Source of the DNA: Savitreella phatthalungensis
Lineage: Eukaryota
NCBI GenBank assembly: GCA_051599415.1
Contig: AP039689.1
Location: forward strand, 930,001-994,000
DNA: 64,000 nucleotides
Reading direction: 5' to 3'
The number at the start of each line of letters is the position of its first letter. Positions within the stretch are counted from its first letter, which is position 1. A program made the translations under genes and the position numbers. Shown here in pieces: positions 53,940-64,000 of this stretch. The notes beneath the pieces are model-generated. The model had not been told where the DNA came from and searched no databases. It saw nothing but the letters and a program-made list of their open reading frames with translations.

Positions 53940-54135
53940 CACGGGTGTGTGTGGTGTGTGAGAGAGTGTGCGTGTGCGTGTGTGAGTGTGAACGAAGGGA
54001 GACTCAGTCACTCGCTCAGTCACTCGCTCACTCAGTCAGTCAGTCTGTCAGTTACTCGGCGATTCCGTCAGTGAGAGAGTGAGGTAGTCAGGTCAGAGAC
54101 TGTCAGTCAGTGAGTTCGTGTGCGTGTGCTTGCGT
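53940..54135 (+). repeat. (GT)n and (CAGT/CACT)n low-complexity tract upstream of eIF4G
   Basis: gtgtgtgtgg... and ctcagtcactcgctcagtcactcgctcactcagtcagtcag. Confidence 0.75.
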
Positions 54136-54935
54136 CTGGGTGGAAGTGACTCGGGTGACCGTTGGATTCTGTCAGTGTGCAATAGTACGGTAGAGCAGAG
54201 TAAGGTAGAGAGGTTGAGCCATAAGGTGAAGCTAAAGTCCAGCCAATGGATTAAAATTAAAATTTAGATCTATGACCTAAGTTACTTCGAGCTATGCGAG
54301 CTCAGCAAACAGGCAAAGTGTGAGAATTTGTGCTCAACCTCTTATGATGACCTCAGTCAAATTTTAGATTTCAAATTTACTCTTTCAGACCTCTAAAGCC
54401 CTTCTGCAAAAGCCTTTCACTATCCTCTTCCCTCTCATGATCTCACTAAATTCGATCTGTAATGCGTCTTTCCACTGCATGTATGTACTGGATATCTATT
54501 GATTGCAGGTATCGATTCTGAACCAATAAGGTACTGGAATGGAAATTTCAAAATTCCCTCTTAATTAGCTTGATTCACTCCGATCACATGGAATTCAGTC
54601 GATCATGCAAAGACAAAGAAAAAAGCTTTCTTTGCAGCAGGTCCCTATGGATCTCATATTGGATCACACACCTTTTGTCTGTCAAGACGCGTCTAATGCA
54701 GGTAGACAGACATTGTGACGTACTCTCACGTGGACTTCCAACAAAGTCAGACTCCTTCACGATGCGTCTGGAATATTATAGGTTCACAAGGGATGTTTGT
54801 AGAGATGGATCTTCGTCGAGTGATGGTTGAAGAATGAGATGATTACAGTGTCTATCGATTGGAAGAAAGGAAGGAATTTGGTAAGTGTGTGGGTTAAGGA
54901 TAAGTGATGATGGTGGCTAGTCCGTTGCATCGACC

Positions 54936-56177
54936 TCAGTGGCTGGGCATCAGATCCTTGGCTGCAAAGGTCTCCTCGACCAGTCTGCCGCGGAAGTACT
55001 TTGGCTCAGATCCACGGACGTAGATGTCCTCAAACAGCGTCGTCATGTCGTTGTTTGGCACAGGCGAAGCCTCTGCTGCCTTGACCTCAGCATCGACCTT
55101 GGCACGAGCAGCCTTGTCGATTTCCTTCAGCTCAGCCTCAGAAACGACATCCCACTCGATGATCTTGGCCTTTAGTCCCGCAATTGGGTCGTTCGTCGAC
55201 CGCATCTGCTGGATCTCCTCACGTGTGCGGTACGTCGTTCCAGGGTCGGACATGGAGTGACCACCGTAGCGGTATGTGACGAACTCCATCACGAGCGGAC
55301 GACCCTCCGAAGCGTACTCCTTGGCAAACTCACACGCAGTCTTTACTGCCAACACGTCCATACCGTTGACGCGAATACCGGGAATGTACTGACCACGCTT
55401 GTAGTAGTCCGTCATGGCAGAGGAACGCGAAGCTGCGGTACCCATACCGTACTTGTTGTTCTCGCATGCAAAGATGCATGGAAGTCCCCAGAGCTTTGCC
55501 ATGTTGTAGGCCTCGAACACCTGTCCCTGGTTGGATGCTCCGTCGCCGTAGAGTGAGAAGGTGACGTTCTTTGTGTCGCTGTACTTCTGAGCAAATGCGA
55601 CTCCTGCACCGACGGGCACTTGCGCACCGACGATACCGTTGCCGCCGTAGAAGTTCTTGGCAAACATGTGCATCGAGCCACCCTTGCCGAAGCTGACACC
55701 GTCCTTGCGACCGAGTAGCTCAGCGATGACGCCCTTGATGGACGCACCGCGCATGTAGGTGAATCCGTGGCAACGGTATGCTGTGATGATTGCGTCCTCT
55801 CGCGTGATGGCCTTCTCCATGCCGACTGCGATTGCCTCCTGACCTGTGGACAGATGGCAGAATCCTCGAATCTTCTTGGCCTTGTAAAGCGCATCAGAAG
55901 CCATCTCGAGCCGCCGGATGACGACCATCTCCTCGTACATGCTCAGCAATTCGGGCTTTGTCACCTTGATCTCAAGCGAAGGTCCATCGAGCTCGTACAT
56001 GTCGAAGGATTGCTCATTCAGGGAGACGGTGAACGTGTGGTCATCTGAGGCGTGATCCTGCTTGGATGAGGATGCCGCATCAGTTGTGACTGCACGACGG
56101 GCAGCAGCTGCGGTTGCGACGCGAGGCGCTGTGGCAGCTGTGCGGAGACCGACGTTGAGCAAGGTCGAACGAAGCAT
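54936..56177 (-). CDS. PDA1: Pyruvate dehydrogenase E1 alpha subunit
   Basis: IRGFCHL..GQEA, GKGGSMH, YGDGASNQGQ and YRYGGHSMSDPGTTYR; presequence starts MLRSTLL. Confidence 0.98.
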   Translation of the reverse strand: MLRSTLLNVGLRTAATAPRVATAAAARRAVTTDAASSSKQDHASDDHTFTVSLNEQSFDMYELDGPSLEIKVTKPELLSMYEEMVVIRRLEMASDALYKAKKIRGFCHLSTGQEAIAVGMEKAITREDAIITAYRCHGFTYMRGASIKGVIAELLGRKDGVSFGKGGSMHMFAKNFYGGNGIVGAQVPVGAGVAFAQKYSDTKNVTFSLYGDGASNQGQVFEAYNMAKLWGLPCIFACENNKYGMGTAASRSSAMTDYYKRGQYIPGIRVNGMDVLAVKTACEFAKEYASEGRPLVMEFVTYRYGGHSMSDPGTTYRTREEIQQMRSTNDPIAGLKAKIIEWDVVSEAELKEIDKAARAKVDAEVKAAEASPVPNNDMTTLFEDIYVRGSEPKYFRGRLVEETFAAKDLMPSH

Positions 56178-56769
56178 ATCTGACTGACCTTTGACCGAAG
56201 TGTCGATACTATCGGTGTACTTTACAATCACGAGATTTCAGTCCTAGGATGTCTACCTGTCCGTTGGCAGACAGAAGAGGTCTAGGTTGGATAGGTGATC
56301 CTGGTGTGTGGATGGTGATGGGTGGTGTCCTACGGAAGTTGCTCGTTTGCGCTGCTGTTCGCTCAAACGATTGATTAGGTGGAAATTGAGCTAGAGTGAT
56401 CGATCTAAGGAGGGCTTTAGAGGAAGAAATTTTCGGTGGGATGATTGAGTTTAATTTGATCTGCTCACTGGGAATTCAGCAGAATATGCACAGTGTAGAA
56501 TAGTTGAGCTGGATATTTGGCAAAGGAGCCATTTCTAGCAAGTGCACCAATAAGGAAAGCAGCTCTGGGAAATCAATCACATCAATCTCAATCATGCATC
56601 GATCTAGTCTCTCATCCTCCTTGGTTGGAAACCCGTGTACAGCTAGATTCATGTGCAATTCAGATCTAGCTCGATTGTTTCTTCTCAGCGATGAAACTTA
56701 AGCGTCCGTCAATTGAGTATTAAATTCAGTCGCCAATTGTTATAACAGTCGGTGAGCATTCAATTGACT

Positions 56770-56915
56770 GATTGCACGGAACGGAGGGGAGACCTGCGGA
56801 ATTTCACGCTTTCCCGAAGTCGAGAACATCTTCCACATGAAGGTACTCCCCACAAGGCTCTACATACATCGCGATTTGAAGCCCGAAAGAGATGATTGAT
56901 GTAGACTTCGCCTGT
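56770..56915 (+). pseudogene. Decayed protein kinase fragment
   Basis: YIHRDLKPE at 56861-56887, upstream RGDLRNF at 56785-56805 and downstream MIDVDFA at 56892-56912, each in a different frame. Confidence 0.5.
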
Positions 56916-57037
56916 TACGTCAATGCGATCTTGTCATTGATAGCACTGAGATACTAAGAAAGCCTTGGCAACCTATTGATTAATTATTACCTACGAGCAC
57001 TGATGAATGTCGAGTGGAATGACCATCATGCACTGAA

Positions 57038-57835
57038 TCACAGCTTGTAAGCGTAGTCCTCGCCACCACGCTTGAGGGCAGCCTGGTAAGCAGGTCTGGC
57101 ACCGACACGCTTGCGCCACTCAAACACCTTCGGGTACTTTGCGGCAGAGAACGATGGTCCAGCACGTGGCAAAAGCTCAAAGATGAAGGACATCATGAAA
57201 TCGGCAGCTGTCAGTTTGTCACTGACCAACCACTCGTGCTTTGAAAGTGTCGTCTCACAGAAACTGAGCGTCGACCTGATCTCTGGCTCGCTGAACTGTT
57301 TTGACACTTGGTCGCCGATGGTCCCCACGATTGGGCGAGCGAGCCAAGGCGCCTTCTGCTTAGCCGTGATGAAGATGAGTGAGACAAGGAATGGAGCCAT
57401 GAATGAGGCTTCAGCGGCAACGGCCCAGTATTCAGCGTCCACCTTTTCCTGCTCTGTGGCCGGGGTGAATTTGCCGGACTTGTCGTACTTTGCAATCAGG
57501 TAGTTGACGATGCAGGTCGACTCGGCAATAGTCAGAGCGCCGTCAGTGATCACAGGCGATTTGCCGAGCGGATGCACGTCCCTCAGGGACTTTGGCGCAC
57601 GTCCATCGACCCGATCGTAGCGCTTGACCTCGTATGGCAGCTCGAGTTCTTCCAGCAGCCAGAGAATCCGCTGTGAGCGAGAGTCGTTCAGATGGTGAAC
57701 GATGATTGGCGCAGCAGGCTTGCCGGCCGTCGTAGCTCCGCTTGCGCTTGCGGCACCAGGAGCAGCAGTCGACGTGACGACTGTGGAAGGTGCAGCAGGC
57801 GCAGCGGCAGGCACAGCAGTCGGAGCAGTAGACAT
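57038..57835 (-). CDS. GTT1: Glutathione S-transferase, Gtt1-like
   Basis: HHLNDSRSQRILWLLEEL, VHPLGKSPVI, IAES and LTAADFMMSF; Ala/Pro/Thr-rich N-terminal extension. Confidence 0.9.
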   Translation of the reverse strand: MSTAPTAVPAAAPAAPSTVVTSTAAPGAASASGATTAGKPAAPIIVHHLNDSRSQRILWLLEELELPYEVKRYDRVDGRAPKSLRDVHPLGKSPVITDGALTIAESTCIVNYLIAKYDKSGKFTPATEQEKVDAEYWAVAAEASFMAPFLVSLIFITAKQKAPWLARPIVGTIGDQVSKQFSEPEIRSTLSFCETTLSKHEWLVSDKLTAADFMMSFIFELLPRAGPSFSAAKYPKVFEWRKRVGARPAYQAALKRGGEDYAYKL

Positions 57836-58561
57836 GGCTTGAGATCGTTTGAACGATGTGCAGCACTCGAGTATGAGCAGGTGTGTAAGCCTGAAGATGT
57901 GAGTGTCTTCTTGTACAGCAACAAGGTTGATTGCTGCTGTGAGATGTTTTGGTGTTACAGTGCTGTGAGGGTGTGGTTATGGGACGCAATTTGGCTGTTG
58001 TGGATGGGAGAACTTCCCGAGCCGGCAGACGCAGATTGTTAGCCAACAGCCGGGTCCGCCAACTGCCGTTGCGGAGAAGATCATATCAGAGCCGAGTTCA
58101 AAGATTACAAGAATAGAGAATAGATTCTAGGGGAAGTATCACTTAATTAATGGATCGGCCAATATATGAGAGGTCAACAGGACTTCAAGGCTGAATTTAG
58201 ACTGGAATTCTAGACAGTGGAATATCAGGATCAATGTCTGCAGGGAATCTACAAGGTAATTTATATAGCTTGAACTATGATTAGTATTGATGTCAACAGT
58301 GACATGTGATTACGGCTTTGATCACAGGACATGGTCACTGCGGAAGACCAAATATGCAGCCCACCTGAGTAGAGCGGCTGGTCGACGAATCTGGTTAGGC
58401 TCTTGTGATGCGCCGCAATCCCCTCGACAGTCCGACCTGTATTTACGTAAGTAGGGGTCGTATCTTAAGTAGGGGTAGTATTAAGATACTATGTACATTG
58501 AAGTATATGTGTAATCATCACGATGAGACAGATAACATCCGCCAGCTTGAAGTCCAGGAGT

Positions 58562-60475
58562 TTAGGTCTGAGTCCGAAGCGCTCGCCAGCCTTCAAAGTC
58601 AATCAAAGCCTGCATACAGCCCCACTCGAGCACCTTCTTCTCCAGCCAGACGAGCGAGACCGGCTTTGTGAGGAAGTCGTTGCAGCCTGCTGCTAGAGCC
58701 TCGTGACGATCGCTCTGGAGGGAGCTGGCAGTGAGTGCGACGATGATGACCGGTGATTTGAAGGAGAGGCATGGAAGTGCGTCGCTTGGATCGCATTCTT
58801 GTGCTGCAGTGTCACCGATCGTGTCGGTGGTCTTTCGCGTGGCAAACACGCCAATACTGTTGCAACGTTCCAACCGACGAATCTCTCGTGTCGCATCTAG
58901 TCCGTTCATCACTGGCATCTGGATGTCCATAAGCACAAGGTGAATGCCACCCTTTCGCCATTTATCGACGGCCTCCTTGCCGTTCTTCGCTGTCGCACAA
59001 CGGATCTTGCGCTTGCGCATGAACGTCTCAAGGATACGCTGATTGATCATGTTGTCCTCCACAATGAGGACTGAAATTGAAGGGATGACGCCTTCCAATA
59101 GACCGCTGATACCGATGGAGCTCGCATTGTTGGCCGTGCCGTTCGAAGATGAATTGTTTGCAACTGCTGCTGAATTGCTTGTCGTGGCCAACGACCCGTT
59201 TTCGTCCGCTGCCACATGGCTATCGCCCGCACTGCCATTATTTGACTTGCTTGCACTCCGCGGCGTCTCGAGCTTGACCACGGAATGCGTGGAAGAATGT
59301 GCTGAATGTGCCGGGGAGACAATGTTGAGCTTTGACTGCGTGTTCGTGCGAACGCCGAGTCCCGGACGAGCTGGTCGTGGTGTTCCGAGTGTATCCTTGC
59401 GCGGCCTTCCGGAAAGCGATCCACCCCGGGTCTGTGCGAGCTCTTGCTCTGTCAAGGGCATGCCAGATCCAGAGTTCCCGTACGCCCTCCCTGGTATAGC
59501 TGCAGATAGCTCTTCCATTGAAAGCGGTACTGCTGAGGGGCTGTATTGGCGGACGTCTGTCAGCGTATCAGGTGGCACACTGATCGGTGGCAGCCCGTTG
59601 TCCATGCCACCCATCGTTGCACCATCAGGGAGAACAGGTGAATTGTGGGAATTCGTTGAGACTGATGAAGTCCGTGCGTGGCCTCGAGCTCCACCTCGCG
59701 CGTAGAAAGTATAAGATCCCTCTGATCGTCCGGACTGCTGACTCGAAGCAGTTGTGCTTGCACGTGCCAGATTTGGTCGGGTCGCGGCAGTCTGACTGCG
59801 ATACGCCGCACGCATTGCCGCATTCATCTGTAGCTGAGGTGGTGGTCGGACTGCTCCATCGAGCATGATTGCATTCGCCTGAGCTTTTGTGTTTGGACTG
59901 TAATGTTGTGAGCCCCCTGTGCTCAGAGAAGTTGCACGAGATCCTGTTGAAGTAGAGCCAGATGCACCCGTAGAGCCGGCCGACGGGAGACCTGCAGCTT
60001 GTGCGTTCGCACTGCTAACGTCCACTGATATTCCGTTCGTCGAGCCTGCCGTACCAGCCATATTGGGCGTCGGAGGGAAGTACTCAAAGTCGCGCATATC
60101 ACCAGACATCAAGGCAAGTTGACCAGCCAGTGGACTATTACGGGCGCCAGGTGCCAAGAATGGGGAAGCTCTGGCAGCTGTATTTGGGACTTGGATGACG
60201 AGTGCATCTTCGACCCTTTGACCGCCTGGGAAGTGACTTGCAACGACCTTGCCGATCTCGTCATCGACCGCCAAAACGCGCGCTTCGATTGAAGATCCTT
60301 TTGTCTGGCCCGGCTTTACGACGCAGATGCTTACATCGGGAGAATCAAAGTTGCGTGCGAGCGCGACAGGGTATTTGCGAAAGACGGCGTCCTTGACATC
60401 ATCGATGAGGTCTGACTCGCGCAACTGAATGCTTGCCGGCGTGCCGTTTGTACCACGCTTGATCCACAACCGCAT
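58562..60475 (-). CDS. SSK1: Response regulator Ssk1/Mcs4
   Basis: N-terminal LWIKR...DLIDDVKD..KYP; receiver domain VLIVEDNMINQ, LVLMDIQMP, IIVALTAS, GCNDFLTKPV and EWGCMQALIDF. Confidence 0.93.
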   Translation of the reverse strand: MRLWIKRGTNGTPASIQLRESDLIDDVKDAVFRKYPVALARNFDSPDVSICVVKPGQTKGSSIEARVLAVDDEIGKVVASHFPGGQRVEDALVIQVPNTAARASPFLAPGARNSPLAGQLALMSGDMRDFEYFPPTPNMAGTAGSTNGISVDVSSANAQAAGLPSAGSTGASGSTSTGSRATSLSTGGSQHYSPNTKAQANAIMLDGAVRPPPQLQMNAAMRAAYRSQTAATRPNLARASTTASSQQSGRSEGSYTFYARGGARGHARTSSVSTNSHNSPVLPDGATMGGMDNGLPPISVPPDTLTDVRQYSPSAVPLSMEELSAAIPGRAYGNSGSGMPLTEQELAQTRGGSLSGRPRKDTLGTPRPARPGLGVRTNTQSKLNIVSPAHSAHSSTHSVVKLETPRSASKSNNGSAGDSHVAADENGSLATTSNSAAVANNSSSNGTANNASSIGISGLLEGVIPSISVLIVEDNMINQRILETFMRKRKIRCATAKNGKEAVDKWRKGGIHLVLMDIQMPVMNGLDATREIRRLERCNSIGVFATRKTTDTIGDTAAQECDPSDALPCLSFKSPVIIVALTASSLQSDRHEALAAGCNDFLTKPVSLVWLEKKVLEWGCMQALIDFEGWRALRTQT

Positions 60476-61453
60476 CCTTCCCCTGTGTATTCAAATCCTC
60501 ACCGTTTACGGAGTCCCGTTTGTCTGACGCCTCTGTTCTGTCGCCTTCTCTCTCTCTCTCGTTCTCTCTTTCAACCCTCACCTCCCTGGCGACGTTTTCG
60601 ATTGTGTCCGCCCTGAGGTTCGACGGATTCTCACCAGTGCGGAGTGAAGAGTGTATCACTTAGATACGATTGCTCGTAAAGGAAAAGAGCGCGGCTTCAG
60701 CAGAGTCTCAAGTCTTCGATGACAGGTTGTCTTTCAAGAGCAATAGTTTGATAGATGGCTATAGTTTGTCGATGAACGCATGTGTATAGTATATATTCAT
60801 ATGCACGTGTGCTTGTGTCCGTGTGGATTACTGATTAGCTTCCGGCGTTGCATCAATTTGACCATGCCCTTCTACCTAGCTAGATATATACATTCTATAA
60901 TATCAATTGAATATTTCAAATTGATCTGAGGGAATATAGAGGATATAGCGAGCAATTCATACAGTATATAATAATACTTAAGTTATCAGCGCTCGTCAAC
61001 TGACATACTCCGCGCTGGCCTAGAATGAATTATTTATCCAAGTACACACGTAATTAAGGTATGCAGTTCGTTCATCCAGTCAACAATCAAATTGATATGA
61101 ATTCAAATTAAATTAAATTATATATGCGCATCATCACACTATGCAGCAGATGATCCCGATATATTGACAAAACTCGATCAAATTAGAAGCTCAGTTGCAG
61201 ATATCGCGTGTTGAGATTCCAGTCTCCATCCACCTGGCAACAGTCTGGTCAACCATGGAGTGCACGTACGTCGTCATATGCATACTATCTTACACAACAT
61301 CTTGTCACGTACATCAAATAGACAGACATCTATCAGCATACTGTGACAGGTGAATTGATCAGTCAGTGGCGGAAGCTCTTGTATTCACTGTGAAATCATG
61401 AAAGAATGAATCAGTGAAGATCCTGAACCCACGACCTGTGAATATAAACAGGC

Positions 61454-62557
61454 ATGTCAATCTTGACAGAACATACGGGCAGACTGGTCGATGGGACCAT
61501 AGTGGAGCTCGACGCTGAACTGGCAGCCGAAGAAGCCTTGCTGGCGGAAGAGCGGCAGTGGCTGATACGAGAAGTACTGCCACGATCACTCGACAGTCTC
61601 GTCAACGGTCTTGAAGAATGCCGGGTCCTCCTCCGATGTGCTGCGGTCACATTGCCGTTGTCGACACGCGAGACGGAATGTCTCAAGGGGATCGCCACAC
61701 GAAAAGGCGCACGTCTCAAGAAAGGCAGCATCGTCGTCAGAGTACGGCGACTCCACATGAGGGTGTCTCTAGGCAGAGCAGATACTTCGCAGCGCCGAAC
61801 GATCAACGGACACAGCAAATCAGAAGAAAAAGAGGTTGCGGATGATAGCGATACTGAAGAAGCACATGATGACTCACCTGGAGATTTCTGCTTGCCGCAG
61901 GTTGCTTTCGTTCGCGACAGTGTCGATGGCGCTCGAGCACTCCTGCTCAATCACCGCGAACACCTTGTCGAGATGTCCTCCGAAGAAGTGGAAGATCGAG
62001 TGGAAACACTGCTTCGGCATCTGCGCGGTGCCCAGCAAGCTTTGGAAGGATCTGATGATCCTAGTGAAATGACTTTGCCGGCGGCAGCGGCAAGCACGGC
62101 CTCGAAAGAATTCAGATCGGCCGCGAAAAGTGCTCTTGCGCGTCGAGTCGGCAACCGCTTTCCAGTCGATACTAGACCTGCAGATGCATTCTTCCCAGTC
62201 TTGCCTGACAACGTATGTGTCGACGTCTTTGTGCGAGAATCCGCACTAGCGGTGGAGGTCGTCTTGCTCCAAGAACGCGGAAGCCGTGCTGAACCTGGAA
62301 GTGCCGGATTGTTGGACAGGATGATGGCTTCTGCGCCTGTTGCCGCCCTTCCAAGAGGACCAAATCGCGAGGATCCACTCCTTGGTGAGTTTGTCAGGTA
62401 TCGCGGCAAGGACGTTCGGATCTTGGACCGGGTCCGCGTCGTATCACAGGATCCAGCACTTGTCGCCTGCGGAGCTAAATTGACCTCACTTCTCCACGCC
62501 GCCGAACAGATTCGCGATAAGCTGCAGAGCACGTCAACAGTTTCAAACGACAGATAG
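61454..62557 (+). CDS. RAV2: RAVE complex subunit Rav2 / Rogdi-like
   Basis: ERQWL, TLPLS....LKGIATR.G and VRVVSQDPALVACGAKL match Rogdi/Rav2. Confidence 0.78.
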   Translation: MSILTEHTGRLVDGTIVELDAELAAEEALLAEERQWLIREVLPRSLDSLVNGLEECRVLLRCAAVTLPLSTRETECLKGIATRKGARLKKGSIVVRVRRLHMRVSLGRADTSQRRTINGHSKSEEKEVADDSDTEEAHDDSPGDFCLPQVAFVRDSVDGARALLLNHREHLVEMSSEEVEDRVETLLRHLRGAQQALEGSDDPSEMTLPAAAASTASKEFRSAAKSALARRVGNRFPVDTRPADAFFPVLPDNVCVDVFVRESALAVEVVLLQERGSRAEPGSAGLLDRMMASAPVAALPRGPNREDPLLGEFVRYRGKDVRILDRVRVVSQDPALVACGAKLTSLLHAAEQIRDKLQSTSTVSNDR

Positions 62558-62646
62558 ATGGCAAGGAGCGATAGTGTTGACGATTGACATCATGAATAGC
62601 ATTGTAACGACGGAAGAATGAAGGTATACGAGCGATAGCGAACTCA

Positions 62647-63501
62647 CTAGTTGTCTGAATTGGCCGAATTCAGCAGGCGTAGGATATTGAGGAAGAGGTT
62701 GAGGAAGTCGAGGTAGAGCGAGACACTGGCTGCAATGTACTCGTCAACCGAGTAGTGGCGGCAGATTTGCTGGGTGTCATATAGAACGTATCCCGAGAAC
62801 AAGAGCGTGCCGAGTCCGGAGTACACAAGCTCGAATGTCTTCCCGTGAGGGAAAAGGGCGCCGACGAAGCCGGTCACAATCAGCGCCCAGAGACCCATGT
62901 AGAGGTAGCCGCCCAGACTGGTAAAGTCGTATTTTGTCTGCAAAGTGAAGAGCGTCAGAGCGACAAAGACGGCAGATGTGATGAGGAGAGCTTCGAGCAC
63001 TATTTGAGACTCATAGAACGAGACAGCGGTGCCGACGGTATAAGCCTCGAGCAAGGTGAAGCCGCCTAGCAGGTAGAAGTTGAGTGGATACCTCTGTCGG
63101 TAGTAGAAGAGCGCAAAGAGCGAAGCAAAGGTGGCGATCATAGCTGTGATCATGGCCCACGAGTTGCTCTGGACCCAGTAGCGCACAGAGTCATTGCCGT
63201 GCATGACCGCGCCGACGATGGAGGTGGCGATGATTTGTGCAGTCAAGATTGAGTACACCTTGCGCAAGAAGCCCATTCGGACATCGGCTTCACAGCTAGC
63301 CACGCTCGTCCCAAATTTGAAGTCATCGTCCGGGTTTACAGCGTTCGGGTCGACTGCGCCTGCGGATCTGGAAAACTCACGCTGTCCTGCGTCAAACGAG
63401 CCATATGAGGGGGCGTTGACGGGCGCATTGTTCTTATTCGGTGGACCAGGTGGTGCGCTGTATGTGGGTGGCTCCTGCGTTGGAACTGCGCTGTAAGACA
63501 T
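62647..63501 (-). CDS. BXI1: Bax inhibitor-1 / TMBIM family membrane protein
   Basis: DDFKFGTSVA, RMGFLRKVYSIL, YPLN, YDTQQI and EYIAASVSLYLDFLNLFL; multiple transmembrane segments. Confidence 0.93.
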   Translation of the reverse strand: MSYSAVPTQEPPTYSAPPGPPNKNNAPVNAPSYGSFDAGQREFSRSAGAVDPNAVNPDDDFKFGTSVASCEADVRMGFLRKVYSILTAQIIATSIVGAVMHGNDSVRYWVQSNSWAMITAMIATFASLFALFYYRQRYPLNFYLLGGFTLLEAYTVGTAVSFYESQIVLEALLITSAVFVALTLFTLQTKYDFTSLGGYLYMGLWALIVTGFVGALFPHGKTFELVYSGLGTLLFSGYVLYDTQQICRHYSVDEYIAASVSLYLDFLNLFLNILRLLNSANSDN

Positions 63502-63808
63502 AGTGGCGACCTCTAGACTGGATAGCAAGGGTAGTCAGCACTTAATAAAGAGTCTGTTTTTACACGCGTCACTTTTCAATCTGCCTAATTCTGGGACGTA
63601 CGAACATATGCAAATCTTCGAGATTGATCGATCGCTCGATTTGTACGCCAAGGAAAGCACGTGTTAGGGTGAGGCAAAATCATTTGTCTTCGCGAGCGCA
63701 GTGGTGCTCTGCTTCAAGGTCATGCAACGGACCACCGATGACGACGAAGAGTAGATGTATTGCGGTGTATCCTTCAGAACTAGAAGCAGTTGTTTCGAAG
63801 TATGTTGG

Positions 63809-64000
63809 CTAGGTGAGCCTTTTGAACTCGTCACTAGCTCTGATGTGCTCGTAGTACTTTTTGAGCCTACCATCTGCATCGAGGTTCAGAATTACCTCGA
63901 GCTTGCCCGGATTCGCACTCTCACACATGAACAGAATACCCACGAAGAGGAAGTCAGCATAGGTCTTCTCCTTGCCGAGCAGGTACTGATTGCCGTCTGC
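63809..64000 (-). CDS. 3' end of a glutathione S-transferase-like gene (partial, missed by the ORF track)
   Basis: Frame reads ADGNQYLLGKEKTYADFLFVGILFMCESANPGKLEVILNLDADGRLKKYYEHIRASDEFKRLT*, including the GST C-domain N-cap motif YLLG...TYADF. Confidence 0.65.
   Translation of the reverse strand, partial: ADGNQYLLGKEKTYADFLFVGILFMCESANPGKLEVILNLDADGRLKKYYEHIRASDEFKRLT

Noticed and set aside
57038..57050. GST C-terminal YKL and hydrolase C-terminal PAL as peroxisomal targeting signals
   Set aside because: Neither fits the PTS1 consensus [SAC][KRH][LM], and there is no TGA-CTA readthrough context.
60399..60659. Charged 86-aa ORF overlapping the SSK1 start, considered as a frameshifted N-terminus
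   Set aside because: GTG start directly after a stop and no AUG; the ERERE content comes from a (GA)n tract in the leader.

Overview
Gene-dense fungal nuclear DNA from an ascomycete. The gene set (Scw1/Whi3, Mcs4/Ssk1, Bud4/Mid2, eIF4G without an MA3 domain) suggests a yeast-like lineage, possibly Taphrinomycotina, but this is inference. About 30 protein-coding genes are present, and none needs an intron to read as a plausible protein. Most are housekeeping genes: ILV3, MDM10, RAM2, MGS1, LCL3, AFG1, BUD4, TWF1, NRK1, URA7, SRP72, POA1, eIF4G, PDA1, GTT1, SSK1, RAV2, BXI1 and two kinases. I found no tRNA, rRNA, CRISPR array or transposon. Most notable observations: (1) the Scw1/Whi3-like gene has a 1.1-kb AUG-free leader, and its first AUG opens a 43-codon ORF that joins the main frame only by a -1 shift at T6-GA; (2) a ChaN-like haem-binding gene of a mainly bacterial family; (3) a C2-domain protein with a toxin/ADP-ribosyltransferase-like motif set; (4) a synonymously diverged 30-aa duplication in the eIF4G tail; (5) a decayed kinase relic between PDA1 and GTT1; (6) recurrent intergenic motifs. 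Family assignments come from recognised motifs, not database searches.
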